DNA of 64,000 bases from the NCBI RefSeq assembly GCF_028641065.1, contig NW_026576285.1, positions 1 to 64,000 on the forward strand. Reading direction: 5' to 3'. Under the pieces are notes generated by a model. The model searched no databases. It saw nothing but the letters and a program-made list of their open reading frames with translations, and was not told the origin of the DNA. The position numbers were made by a program, and so were the translations under genes. The stretch comes from Leucoraja erinacea. Lineage: Eukaryota. Positions within the stretch are counted from its first letter, which is position 1. The number at the start of each line of letters is the position of its first letter. Below, piece after piece: positions 34,601 through 46,280 of this stretch.

Positions 34601-37600
34601 GGAATATCCTGTCCGGACCTGGAGACTTATCCACTTTTATATTTCTCAAAAGTGTCAGTACTTCCTCTTCTTTGATCCTCATAGTTTCCATAGCTACTCT
34701 ACTTGTTTCCCTTACCTCACATAATTCAATATCCTTCTCCTTGGTGAATACCGAAGAAAAGAAATTGTTCAATATCTCCCCCATCTCTTTTGACTCTGCA
34801 CCACTCTGACTCTCTAATGGACCAATTTTATCCCTCGTTATCCTTTTGCTATTAATATAGCTGTAGAAACCCTTTCGATTTACTTTCACCTTACTTGCCA
34901 AAGCAACCTCATATCTTCTTTTAGCTTTTCCTATTTCTTTCTTGAGATTCTTTTTACATTCTTTATACTCCTCAAGCACCTCATTTACTCCATGCTGCCT
35001 ATAATTATTGTAGGTCTCTCTCTTTTTCCGAACCAAGTGTCCAATTTCCCTTGAAAACCATGGCTCTTTCCAATTTTTACTATTTCCTTTCAACCGAACA
35101 GGGACATAAAGATTCTGTACTCTTAAAATTTCACCTTTAAATGTCCTCCACATCTTTCCCATAAAACAAACTGTCCCAATTCACTCCTTTTAAATCCTTT
35201 CGCATCTCATCAAAGTTAGCCTTTCTCCAATCAAAAATCTCAACCCTAGGTTCAGTTCTGACCCTATCCATAATTATATTGAAACTAACGATATTGTGAT
35301 CACTGGAGCCGAACTGTTCCCCAACGCATACCTCCGCCACCTGACCCGTCTCATTTCCTAACAGGAGGTCCAGCACTGCCCCTTCTCTAGTAGGTACTTC
35401 TTTGTATTGCTGCAAAAAACTATCCTGCACACATTTTACAAACTCCAACCCATCCAGCCCATTTACAGAATGTGTTTCCCAGTCTATGTGTGGAAAATTG
35501 AAATCTCCCACAATCACTACCTTGTGCTTACTACTAATATCTGCAATCTCCTTACATATTTGCTCTTCCAATTCTCGCTCCTCATTTGGCGGTCTATAAT
35601 ACACCCCTATAAGTGTTTCTACCCCTTTCCCATTTCTCAGTTCCACCCAAATAGCCTCCCTAGACGAGCCCTCTAATCTATCCTGCCAAAGCACTGCTGT
35701 AATATCTTCCCTGATAAGTAATGCAACACCTCCACCTCTTGCCCCTCCAATTCTTTCACACCTGAAGCAACAAAATCCTGGAATATTTAGTTTCCAATCA
35801 CAGCCCTCCTGCAACCATGTTTCACTGATCGCCACAACATCATACTTCCAGGTGTCAATCCAGGCTCTAAGTTCATCCACCTTTCTTACTATGCTCCTAG
35901 CATTAAAATATACACATTTAAGAAACGCACCATCTCTTGTTCTCTGATTATTTTCTTTTTCTGATCTCTCCCCTACATTTTGGGTCAGAGTGTTACCATT
36001 CTCTGCCCCATTACACACTGACTGCTAGCTTTCCCAATTCGAGTCCCTCCCCCCAACCATACTAGTTTAATGTCTCCCTTTGCAAATCTCCCCACCAGGA
36101 TATTGGTCCCTCTCGAGTTCAAGTGCAACCTGTCTTTTCTGTACAGGTCGCACCTTCCCCAAAAGAGGTCCCAATGATCCAGAAGATATTTTCAAGGTGT
36201 ACAGCCACCGGGGTACTCACCAGTCCCTGCCTCTGCCCATTGCCCTTCCTAACTGTGACCCAGTTTTCTGTCTCCCGTGGTCTTGGAGTGACCACCTCCC
36301 TGTAACTCCTTTCTATAACCTCCTCGCTCTCCCTGAGCAGACAGAGGTCATCGAGTTGCTGCTCCAGGTTCCTGACACGGTCTCTTAGGAGCCCCATCTC
36401 GACGCACCTTGCGCAGATGTGGACGTCTGGAGGGCACTCAGATTCCATGACCTCCCACATCTGACATCCGGAACAGTAAACTGCCCCGGCCCTCATTCTC
36501 CCCCTTATCCTGGATACAATAAAGCCTTACCTGGGATAAAGCCAATCAGCTGCTTCCTCTGGTCCTCTTCCACCAATCAGAGGCTTCCACCAGAATCCTT
36601 CTCTGGAAGTGAGATGGAACGTTGCAGATTTGGGTAACTCACAGCTCCAGGTACCTTATCAAATGCTTTCTGAAAGTCCAGGTACACTACATCCACTAGC
36701 TCGCCCTTGTCCATTTTCTTAGTTAACCATATAACATATAAACCATATAACAATTACAGCACGGAAACAGGCCACCTCGACCCTTCTAGTCCGTGCCGAA
36801 CACATAATTTCCCCTAGTCCCATATACCTGCGCTCAGACCATAACCCTCCATTCCCTTCCCATCCATATAACTATCCAATTTATTTTTAAATGATAAAAA
36901 CGAACCTGCCTCCACCACCTTCACTGGAAGCTCATTCCACACAGCTACCACTCTCTGAGTAAAGAAGTTCCCCCTCATGTTACCCCTAAACTTCAGTGCC
37001 TTAATTCTCATGTCATGTCCCCTTGTTTGAATCTTCCCTACTCTCAGTGGGAAAAGTTTTTCCACGTCAACTCTGTCTAACCCTCTCATCATTTAAAAAA
37101 CCTCTATCAAGTCCCCCCTTAACCTTCTGCGCTCCAAAGAATAAAGCCCTAACTTCCCAAAGATTAATCAAGCATGATTTCCCCTTCGTAAATTCATGCT
37201 GACTCGGACCGATCCTGTTACTGCTATCTAAATGTGCGGTTATCTCATCTTTTATAATTGACTCCTCCCCACCACCGACGTCAGGCTAACGGGTCTATAA
37301 TTCCCTGTTTTCTCTCGCCCGCCTTTCATAAAAAGTGGGATAACATTAGCTACCCTCCAATCCACAGGAACTGATCCCGAGTCAAAAATAATCAACAATG
37401 CATCCATGATTTCTAGAGCCACTTCCTTAAGTATCCTGGGATGCAGACCATTAGCCCCTTGGGATTTATCAGCCTTCAGTCCCATCAGTCGATCCAACAC
37501 CATTTCCTGCCCAATGTGGATTTCCTTCAGTTCCTCTGTCACCCCAGATCCTCTGGCCACTACTATATCAGGAATATTCTTTGTGTCCTCCTGACACTTT

Positions 37601-38615
37601 TGAAAAATATAAAAGTGGATAAGTCCCCAGGTCCGGACAGGATATTCCCTAGGACATTGAGGGAAGTTAATGTAGAAATAGCAGGGGCTATGGCAGAAAT
37701 ATTTCAAGTGTCATTAGAAACGGGAATAGTGCCGGGGGATTGGCGTACTGCGCATGTTGTTCCATTGTTTAAAAAGGGGTCTAAGAGTAAACCTAGCAAT
37801 TATAGACCTGTTAGTTTGACGTCAGTGGTGGGCAAATTAATGGAAAGAATACTTAGAGATAATATATATAAGCATCTGGATAAACAGGGTCTGATTAGGA
37901 ACAGTCAACATGGATTTGTGCCTGGAAGGTCATGTTTGACTAATCTTCTTGAATTTTTTGAAGATGTTACTCGGGAAATTGATGAGGGTAAAGCAGTGGA
38001 TGTTATGTATATGGACTTCAGTAAGGCCTTTGACAAGGTTCCTCATGGAAGGTTGGTTAAGAAGGTTCAATGGTTGGGTATTAATGGTGGAGTAGCAAGA
38101 TGGATTCAACAGTGGCTGAATGGGAGATGCCAGAGAGTAATGGTGGATGGTTGTTTGTCAGGTTGGAGGCCAGTGACGAGTGGGGTGCCACAGGGATCTG
38201 TGTTGGGTCCACTGTTGTTTGTCATGTACATCAATGATCTGGATGATGGTGTAGTAAATTGGATTAGTAAGTATGCAGATGATACTAAGATAGGTGGGGT
38301 TGCGGGTAATGAAGTAGAGTTTCAAAGTCTACAGAGAGATTTATGCCAGTTGAAAGAGTGGCCTAAATAACTCTGTAGACTTCGGAAATCCTCTTCATTA
38401 TCCACAACACAAATCTTGGTATCATCTGCATACTTACTAATCCAATTTACCACACCAATAGGAGGTATATCCTTGAATATTCAGTTCCCAGCCCTGGCCC
38501 TCGTGCAGCCATGACTCCCCACAACATCATACTTGGCAGTTTCTAACTGAGCCTCAAGCTCATCCACTTTATTCCTTATACGTCGCGCATTCATATAAAG
38601 TACTTTGACTCTGCA
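31612..38615 (-). mobile_element. Nested CR1 cluster: family B host broken by family A insertions
   Basis: Family B pieces at 31612-32525, 32843-33066, 36650-36722, 37156-37592 and 38465-38615, in 3'-to-5' order. They are interleaved with family A pieces at 32526-32838, 33064-36640, 36725-37155 and 37592-38458. Confidence 0.85.
33064..36640 (-). mobile_element. CR1 family A (related subfamily), degenerate near full-length copy
   Basis: ORF1 remnant MRAGAVYCSGC (esterase region deleted), ORF2 pieces at 35137-36018, 34521-35162 and 33225-34265, and a 3' tail. Confidence 0.92.
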
Positions 38616-39423
38616 AAGAATCTTCACATAAAGGGCACCAACAAAGTTATAAAGAATCACACACACCAGGTGCTCCTTTGTTCTTCCACCTCCCACCATC
38701 CCCTCCCCCATCCCCTCCCCCACACTATCTATCCTCCTCCACCACCTCCCCTCCCCTCACACCACACCCCCCTCCCCTCTTATCTCCTCTCTCCCCTCCC
38801 CTCCTCCACTGACATTTTGTTTTTTATTTCACATTTCCAGCATTTGCAGTTATTAATTAGGTTGGACACAGCATGGAAACGGGCCATTAGGCCCGAAGAG
38901 TCCATGCCGACCATCGATCATCAATTCATAATTCTGAAGTCACTCAGTGGAACAGGCAGCATCTCTGGATAGAAGGTATGGGTGATGTTTCCAGTCAAGA
39001 GCCTTCCTCAGACAGGGAAGAAACTCTGTCTGAGGAAGGGTCTCGACCCAAAACTATACCTTCTATCCAGAGATGCTGCCTGTCCCGCTGAGTTACTCCA
39101 GCATTTTGTGTCTATCTTTGCTGTAAACCAGCATCTGCAGTTCATTCCTACGCATCTACAGTATGTTATCCACATTCTCACCCAAGCTCCGCACTACAAC
39201 GAGAGTAATTTACAGAGCCCAATTAACGTACAAACCTGCACGTTTACAAGATATAGGACAAAACTGGAGCACCTGGAGGAAATATGTGTGGTCACAGGGA
39301 GAATGTGTAAACTTGCTCGAGATCAGGATCAAACCTGGATCTCTGCCACAGCGAGGTATTTCTTTGAGATTTGTTTTATTTACATTGATCACTATCCAAA
39401 TTTATTGAAATGAATGAACTAAC

Positions 39424-39684
39424 TTGCTGTTTCGTTCTGCCTCCGCATCCATTCATCCACTTGCCCTTTGATGATTCCATGGAAACCGGTTTCGGTGAAC
39501 GTATCTGTTACCCAGTACTTCCGGTCAAATGCAGCCGCCATCCATTTCTGTCTTGGGACTGTAATGTCCATGTTGTTGTCATAATACTGTATCTCACAAC
39601 CGTCCAGAACACCCACAAAACTATATTCTTCTAGATGAGTACTCCTGTGGTTCAGGGTGTAGTAATAGATCAGTGTGTGAGGCC
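39424..39684 (-). CDS. MHC class I-like gene, exon 2 (alpha1 domain)
   Basis: Acceptor ttttatttgtgtctag|, 261 nt, donor A|GTTAGT. Encodes GPHTLIYYYTLNHRSTHLEEYSFVGVLDGCEIQYYDNNMDITVPRQKWMAAAFDRKYW...WMRRQNETA. Class I hallmarks present: H3, Y7, VGxLDG, PRQxWM, YW and the N86 glycosylation sequon. Confidence 0.95.
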
Positions 39685-39842
39685 CTAGACACAAATAAAA
39701 TACAATTATTGTCTAGTAATCGAAATTTCTATGGATATGAAAGGTTTGGAGGGAAATCGGCAAAACACCAATCAGATTTACATTGCACTAAACACGACAC
39801 CCTTTACCCTCTATCTATCGATTGTGAAAGGCTTCATTGCAA

Positions 39843-40636
39843 TAACCATATAACAATTACAGCACGGAAACAGGCCATCTCGACCCTTCTAGTCCGTGTC
39901 GAACACATATTCTCCCCTAGTCCCATACACCTGCGTTCAGACCATAACCTTCCATTCCCTTCCCGTCCATATAACTATCCAATTTATTTTTAAATGACAA
40001 AAACTAACCTGCCTCCACCACCTTCACTGGAAGCTCATTCCACACAGCCACCATTCTCTGAGTAAAGAAGTTCCCCCTCATGTTACCCCTAAACTTCAGT
40101 CCCTTAATTCTCAAGTCATGTCCCCTTGTTTGATTCTTCCCTACTCAGTGGGAAAAGCTTTTCCACATCAACTCTGTCTATCCCTCTCATCATTTTAAAG
40201 ACCTCTATCAAGTCCCCCCTTAACCTTCTGCGCTCCAAAGAATAAAGCCCTAACTTGTTCAACCTTTCTCTGTAACTTAGTTGCTGAAACCCAGGCAACA
40301 TTCTAGTAAATCTCCTCTGTACTCTCTCTATTTTGTTGACATCCTTCCTATAATTAGGCGACCAAAATTGTACACCATACTCCAGAATTGGCCTCACCAA
40401 TGCCTTGTACAATTTTAACATTACATCCCAACTTCTATACTCAATGCTCTGATTTATAAAGGCCAGTACACTGATTTATAAAGGCCAGCACACCAAAAGC
40501 TTTCTTTACCACCCTATCTACATGAGATTCCACTTTCAGGGAACTGTGCACAGTTATTCCCAGATCCCTCTGTTCACCTACATTCTTGAACTCTGCACAG
40601 TTATTCCAGATCCCTCTGTTCACCTACATTCTTCAA
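39843..40636 (-). mobile_element. CR1 family A 3' fragment
   Basis: RT C-terminus plus tail, with small internal duplications. Ends about 160 bp upstream of the alpha1 acceptor. Confidence 0.9.
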
Positions 40637-41585
40637 TGTAGTCTTGTAGTCTTTTCACTGACTGGATAGCACACAAGAAACATTTTCACTGCAAAACAGT
40701 ACGCGTCACATTAATATTAAATTAAATTAAGCTAAAACGTAGGTAGGTGGGTCAAGGATATTTGGGGCATCTTGGCCAGCATAGATAAGCTGGGCTGAAG
40801 GGCCTGTTTATATGTTGTATATGATTCTAAATGTCAAGCTTACTTAGATTATTTTAGTTTAGAGATACAGAGTGGAAACAGGCCCTTCGGCACAAGAGTC
40901 GGCACAAATCCAGCACATTAACACTATCCTACACACGAAGGACAATTTACATTTATTTCAAGCCTATTAACCAACAAACCTGAACGCCTTTGGAGTGTGG
41001 GAGGAAACTGGACATCTTGGAGAAAACCCACACTGGTCATGGGGAGAACGTACAAACTCCCTACAAACAGCACCCTTAGTCAGGATCGGACCCGGGGCTC
41101 TGGCACTTTAAGGCAGCAACTCTATCACTGCCCCATCGTGCCGCCCGCCCTAACCAATCAACATGTGGAAATAATATGATATTCAGATATTCCACCCACA
41201 AAGGTAAGTCATGGCAGTTATTTGGTTCACAGGCCACCATACATTACTCCGTGTGTCGTTAAAGAGTAACATTTAGGGGTAGGTATTGGAAATATCAGGA
41301 AGATAAAAAGAGATCAGGTACCAAAAGGGTTAGCATGGACTTGGTGGGTCAAAGGGCTTGTTTCTGTGCTGCACTCTCTATGCTGCACATTCAACTATTT
41401 GCATCACATCGTAACCTTCATAAGTCGTAACCTTCAGTTGATTAGTCTAACAAGGATTCATCCACTGGTGTGTCAGACGGTGTGTATATATGGTTAACTG
41501 GTCGCCCGACGCGTCACAGAGTGCATCGTGTCGTCGGTTCCGGGGATCGCCACGAGGAGGCTTCTGTCATGATCCCTCCTATTTC

Positions 41586-42205
41586 AGTATAGGAGCAGGG
41601 AGGTTCTACTGCAGTTGTAAAGGGGGTTAGTGAGACCACACCTGGAGTATTGCGTACAGTTTTGGTCTCCTAATCTGAGGAAAGACATTCTTGCCATAAA
41701 GGGAGTACAGAGAAGGTTCACCAGACTGATTCCTGGGATGTCAGGACTTTCATATGAAGAAAGACTGGACAGACGCGGCTTGTACTCGCTAGAATTTGGA
41801 AGATTGAGGGGGGATCTTAAAGAAACTTACAAAATTCTTAAGGGGTTGGACAGGCTAGATGCAGGAAGATTGTTCCTGGTGTTGGGGAAGTCCAGAACAA
41901 GAGGTCACAGTTTAAGGATAAGGGGGAAATCTGTTAGGACCGAGATGAGAAAAACATTTTTCACACAGAGAGTGATGAATCTCTGGAATTCTCTGCCACC
42001 GAAGGTAGTTGAGGCCAGTTCATTGGCTACATCTAAGAGGGAGTTAGATGTGGCCCTTGTGGCTAAAGGGATCAGGGGGTATGGAGAGAAGGCAGGTACA
42101 GGATGTTGAGTTGGATGATCAGCCATGATCATATTGAATGGCGGAGCAAGCTCGAAGGGCCGAATGGCCTACTCCTGAACCTATTTTCTATGTTTCTATG
42201 TTTCT
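41586..42205 (+). mobile_element. CR1 family B 3' fragment
   Basis: RPHLEYCVQFWSP...GYGEKAG plus tail. Confidence 0.92.
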
Positions 42206-42589
42206 AAACAAGGGTGACAGTGGAACAGGGATAGAGTTACTGCCTTAGAGTTCAAAAGACAGCCAGGTTCAATCCTGACCATGGGTGCTGTCTGCATGCA
42301 GTTTTTACATTCTACCTGTGGGTTTTACCTGGGTGCTCCAGTTTCCTCCCACACTCCAAAGCCGAGTTTGTAGTTTAATAGGCTTTGGTAAAGATTGTAA
42401 ATTGTTGCTGGTCTATAAGATATTGCTACTGTACAGGTATCGCTGTTCAGCATGGTGGGTTGAAGAGCCTGTTCCCATGCTATATCTCTATGTCATCTTG
42501 AGCTGCAATATACAGTAGACTGTTGAAATCGGCTTGCACCATGGCAGTACATCAAGAGCAGACTCTAAAAATATCAATGTAACATTTAA

Positions 42590-43870
42590 GGTACACAAAA
42601 TTGCTGGAGAAACTCAGCGGGTGCAGCAGCATCTATGGAGCGAAGGAAATAGGCGACGTTTCGGGCCGAAACCGTTCTTCAGACTGATGGGGGGTGGTGG
42701 GGGAGAAGGAAGGGAAAGGGGAGGAGGAGGAGGAGGAGCCCGAGGGTGGGGGGATGGGAGGAGACAGCTAGAGGGTTAAGGAAGGGGAGGAGACAGCAAG
42801 GGCTAGCAAAATTGGGAGAATTCAATGTTAATGCCATCCGGACGCAAGGTCCCCAGGCGGAATATGAGGTGCTGTTCCTCCAATTTCCACTGTTGCTCAC
42901 TCTGGCAATGGAGGAGACCCAGGACAGAGAGGTCGGATTGGGAATGGGAGGAGGAGTTGAAGTGCTGAGCCACCGGGAGGTCAGGTTGGTTATTGCGGAC
43001 TGAGCGGAGGTGTTCGGCGAAACGATCGCCCAACCTACGCTTAGTCTCCCCGATGTAAATCAGCTGACACCTAGAGCAGAGGATGCAGTAGATGAGGTTG
43101 GAGGAGATGCAGGTGAACCTTTATCGCACCTGGAATGACTGCTTGGGCCCTTGAATGGAGTCGAGGGGGGAGGTGAAGGGACAGGTGTTGTATTTCTTGC
43201 GGTTGCAACGGAAAGTACCCAGGGAGGGGGTGGTACGGGAGGGAAGGGAAGAATTGACAAGGGAGTTGCAGAGGGAGCGGTCTTTGCGGAAGGCAGACAT
43301 GTGGGGAGATGGGAAGATGTGGCGAGTGGTGGGGTCACGTTGGAGGTGGCGGAAATGGCGGAGGATTATGTGTTGTATTTTCCGGCTGGTGGGGTGAAAG
43401 GTGAGGACCAGGGGGACTCTGCCCTTGTTGCAAGTGCGGGGATGGGGAGAGAGAGCAGTGTTACGGGGTATGGATGAGACCCTGTTGTGAGCTTCATCTA
43501 TGGTGGCGGAGGGGAATCCCCGTTCCCTGAAGAACGAGGACATTTCTGATGCCCTGGTATGGAATGTCTCATCCTGGGAACAGATGCGGCGTAGGCGGCG
43601 GAATTGGGAGTAGGGGATGGAGTCTTTACAGGGGGCACGGTGGGAAGACGTGTAGTCCAGATAGCCATGTGAGTCAGTGGGTTTGTAATGTATGTCGGTC
43701 AGGAGTCTGTCCACTGCGATGGAGATGGTGAGGTCAAGGAATGGTAGGGAAGTGTCGGAAATGGTCCAGGTGTATTGTAGTGCCGGATAGAAGTTGGTGG
43801 TGAAGTGGATGAAGTCAGTCAGTTGTGTGTAGGTGCAGGAGGTGGCCCCAAAGCAGTCGTCAATGTAACA
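42590..43870 (-). mobile_element. Penelope-like element 3' part (RT thumb, GIY-YIG endonuclease, pLTR)
   Basis: TDIHYKPTDSHGYLDYTSSH, a zinc-binding linker, and RFAEHLRSV...PVAQHFN...E-QHLIFRLGT...GINIEF, followed by a pLTR containing a hammerhead motif. Confidence 0.92.
42655..42682 (-). ncRNA. Minimal type I hammerhead ribozyme motif in Penelope pLTR
   Basis: CUGAAGA-A-(CGGUUUCGGCCC stem II)-GAAAC-GUC, with a palindromic ACGU stem III. Confidence 0.75.
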
Positions 43871-44117
43871 TTTAACTTCTGTTTTGTTATGACCTCCTGG
43901 TGACTTTCTGATAGTTCACCACATCCCTCCCCACATCACCACATCCCCCTTTGTTCCCCTATCATCTCACTGGAGAGGCCCCACATTCACACTTCCTCAA
44001 ATACCACAGATTTCCTGCTAGACTAGTTATTCAACTATTTACTCCCACAGTCTGCTCTGTGAACATGCAGAAATTAACATCACAAACAATCAGGATTGAA
44101 CAGCTCATTATCAACCT

Positions 44118-44395
44118 TAGACACAAAGTGCTAAAGTAACTCAGCGAGACCTGCAGCATCTCTGGAAAAAAAGGCTGGATGACACTTCGGGTCAAGACCC
44201 TACTTCAGTCTCAAGCAGGGTTAGTCTGAAGAAGGGTCCCAACCTGACACATCAGACTGAAGAAGGTTTCCAACCTGAAGCTTCACCCAGCATCACCTAT
44301 CCTTTTTCTACAGAGATGCTGTTTGACCCGTTGAGTTACTCCAGCATTTTGTGACTCTCTTTGGTACTAGCAGCATCTGCAGTTTGTTGTTTCTA
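44118..44395. mobile_element. Palindromic Penelope-pLTR-derived element (similar at 38940-39155, 45280-45720, 52205-52600, 58078-58245)
   Basis: Inverted arms acacaaa-tgctggagtaactcag...gcagcatctctgg enclose hammerhead-like cores on both strands. Confidence 0.75.
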
Positions 44396-44477
44396 CATCA
44401 TTATCTATCTCTTTGAGAAAGCTTTCCCATAGAATTTGCCCCCTAACAAAATAAGATCACACAAAGTTACCAATAAG

Positions 44478-44795
44478 GGATGCACGGTGCACAGCGGTAG
44501 AGTTGCTGCCTCCCAGTGTTTGCAGTGCCAGAGACCCAGTTTCAATCCTGACTATGGGTGCTCTCTGTACGGAGTTAGTACGTTCTCCCCGTGACCTGCG
44601 TGGATTTTCGCCGAGATCTTTAATTTACTCCCACACTCCAAAGACGTGCAGGAATGTAGGTTAATTCACTTGATGCATGTGTAAAATTGCCCCTCATGTG
44701 TATAGGGCAGTGTTGGTGTGCGGGGTAGTCGCTGGTCAGTGCAGACTCGGTGGGCCGAAGGGCCTGTTTCCGTGCTGTATAGCTAAACTAAAACA
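44478..44795 (+). mobile_element. tRNA-derived V-SINE/HE1-like SINE (representative copy)
   Basis: A/B-box-like head, conserved core gtacgttctccccgtgacctgcgtgg, and a CR1-like tail gggccgaagggcctgtttccgtgctgta followed by (ctaaa)n. Other copies at about 5180-5467+, 11615-11905+, 16730-17030-, 22020-22335-, 40850-41145-, 42215-42490+, 48800-49120+, 58445-58870+ and 61470-61760+. Confidence 0.85.
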
Positions 44796-45585
44796 AATGA
44801 AAGAACCTATTTTACATATGTCACTTCCTTTGGTTCAGGCAGTGTTCTCTCTGGTGTAGACTGCCCGATAGTAATTTTCAGTGCTTATTCTGGTGAATAG
44901 AGATAGCAACATGAAAACCACAGAAATAATCTTAAAATAAACGGAATCATGCAGCATATGAACAGGCCCATTTGCCCAATCTTGTTTATGCTGACCGAGA
45001 TGTTTATCTACAAATACATGAATTACGCCCTTACCCCTCCCTGACTTTCCTACCAAAAGTCCAAATGCTTTAAACATTGTGATTATCTCTGCCTCTATCA
45101 TCTCCCCTGCAGCTCATTCCAGATAACTACTGTGGTGAGAAACATCTGCTCACATCCCCTTGACATTTCTCCCCCATCACCTTAAACCTCCAGTTCTAGT
45201 CTCCACTGTAATAGAAAGCTGAAAAAGAGAGGTGGGGCTGGGACAAAGCCTGGCAAGTGATACAGGTGATAAGACCATAAAATGCTGGAGTAACTCAGTG
45301 GGTCAGGCAGCATCTCTGGAGAGAAGGAATGGGTGCCTTTTCAGGTCGAGATTCTTCTTCAGACTACTTGAGGATAAGGGAAACAAGAGGTATAGACAAT
45401 GATGTCGAGAGATAAAGAAGAATGAATGAAAGATATGCAAAAATGTAACGATAATAAGGGAAACAGGCCATTGTAAGCTATTTGTTGGGTGGAAGCAAGA
45501 AGCTGGTCCGACTTGAGAACAGATTTTGATAAGTAGATGGGTGGAGTAAGTGGCAACGGCAAGAGGTGAAAAGGTTACAAAGGGT

Positions 45586-45613
45586 CTGAAGAAGGGTCTC
45601 GACCAGAAACGTC
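45586..45613 (+). ncRNA. Minimal type I hammerhead ribozyme motif
   Basis: CUGAAGA-AG-GGUC-UC-GACC-A-GAAAC-GUC. Confidence 0.7.
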
Positions 45614-45739
45614 CCATTCCTTCTATCCAGAGATACTGCCTGTATCTCTGGATAGAAGGAGTTACTCCAGCTTTTTGTGTCTATCTTTGGTTTAAACCGC
45701 ATCTGCAGTTCCTCCTTACACAAGAGACAAATGGCGTCA

Positions 45740-46280
45740 GGTAAGGAGATAAGAGGAGTGAAATCTAAAGCCAGATGAAGGGCCATAGGTGGAACGAGAC
45801 GGGGGGGGGGGGGGGGGGGGGGGGGGGAGGGGGGGGGGGGCGAGAAAGATTGGGGATAAAAGTGCAATGAGAGAATTGAGGAAGGTAGATGCATAAACAA
45901 AGGGGAAAGGAACTGAGTGATTGGGAGGGTGGGTGTTAGTGGGAGAAATAGGCGCACATCAGGTGGACAGGAAATAATGGGTGTTGGGGGGGGTGGGGGG
46001 GGGGACGGGGAGGAAGGGGAGGGTATTGCCTCAAGTTGAACAATTCAATGTCCATAACATTGGACTGTAAGCTATCCAAGTAGAACATGAAGTGCTGTTC
46101 CTCCAGATTGCATGTGTCCTCACTCTGGCAATGGAAGAAGCTAAAGACAGAAAGGTGGTTCTGGTACTGGGAAGGGGGTTGGGGGGGAGGGTTGAAAGGG
46201 TTAGAGCTGGGAGATCCAGCAGGTGTTGGCAGAAAGAATGCAAGTGCTTTATAAAATGGTGGTCCCGTCTATGCTGATGC
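45740..46280 (-). mobile_element. Degenerate Penelope 3' fragment
   Basis: gtgctgttcctccagattg...tcactctggcaatgga matches 42869-42912. Confidence 0.7.

Noticed and set aside
44478-44560. tRNA genes at SINE heads
   Set aside because: Degenerate A/B boxes continue into the SINE core, with no complete cloverleaf.
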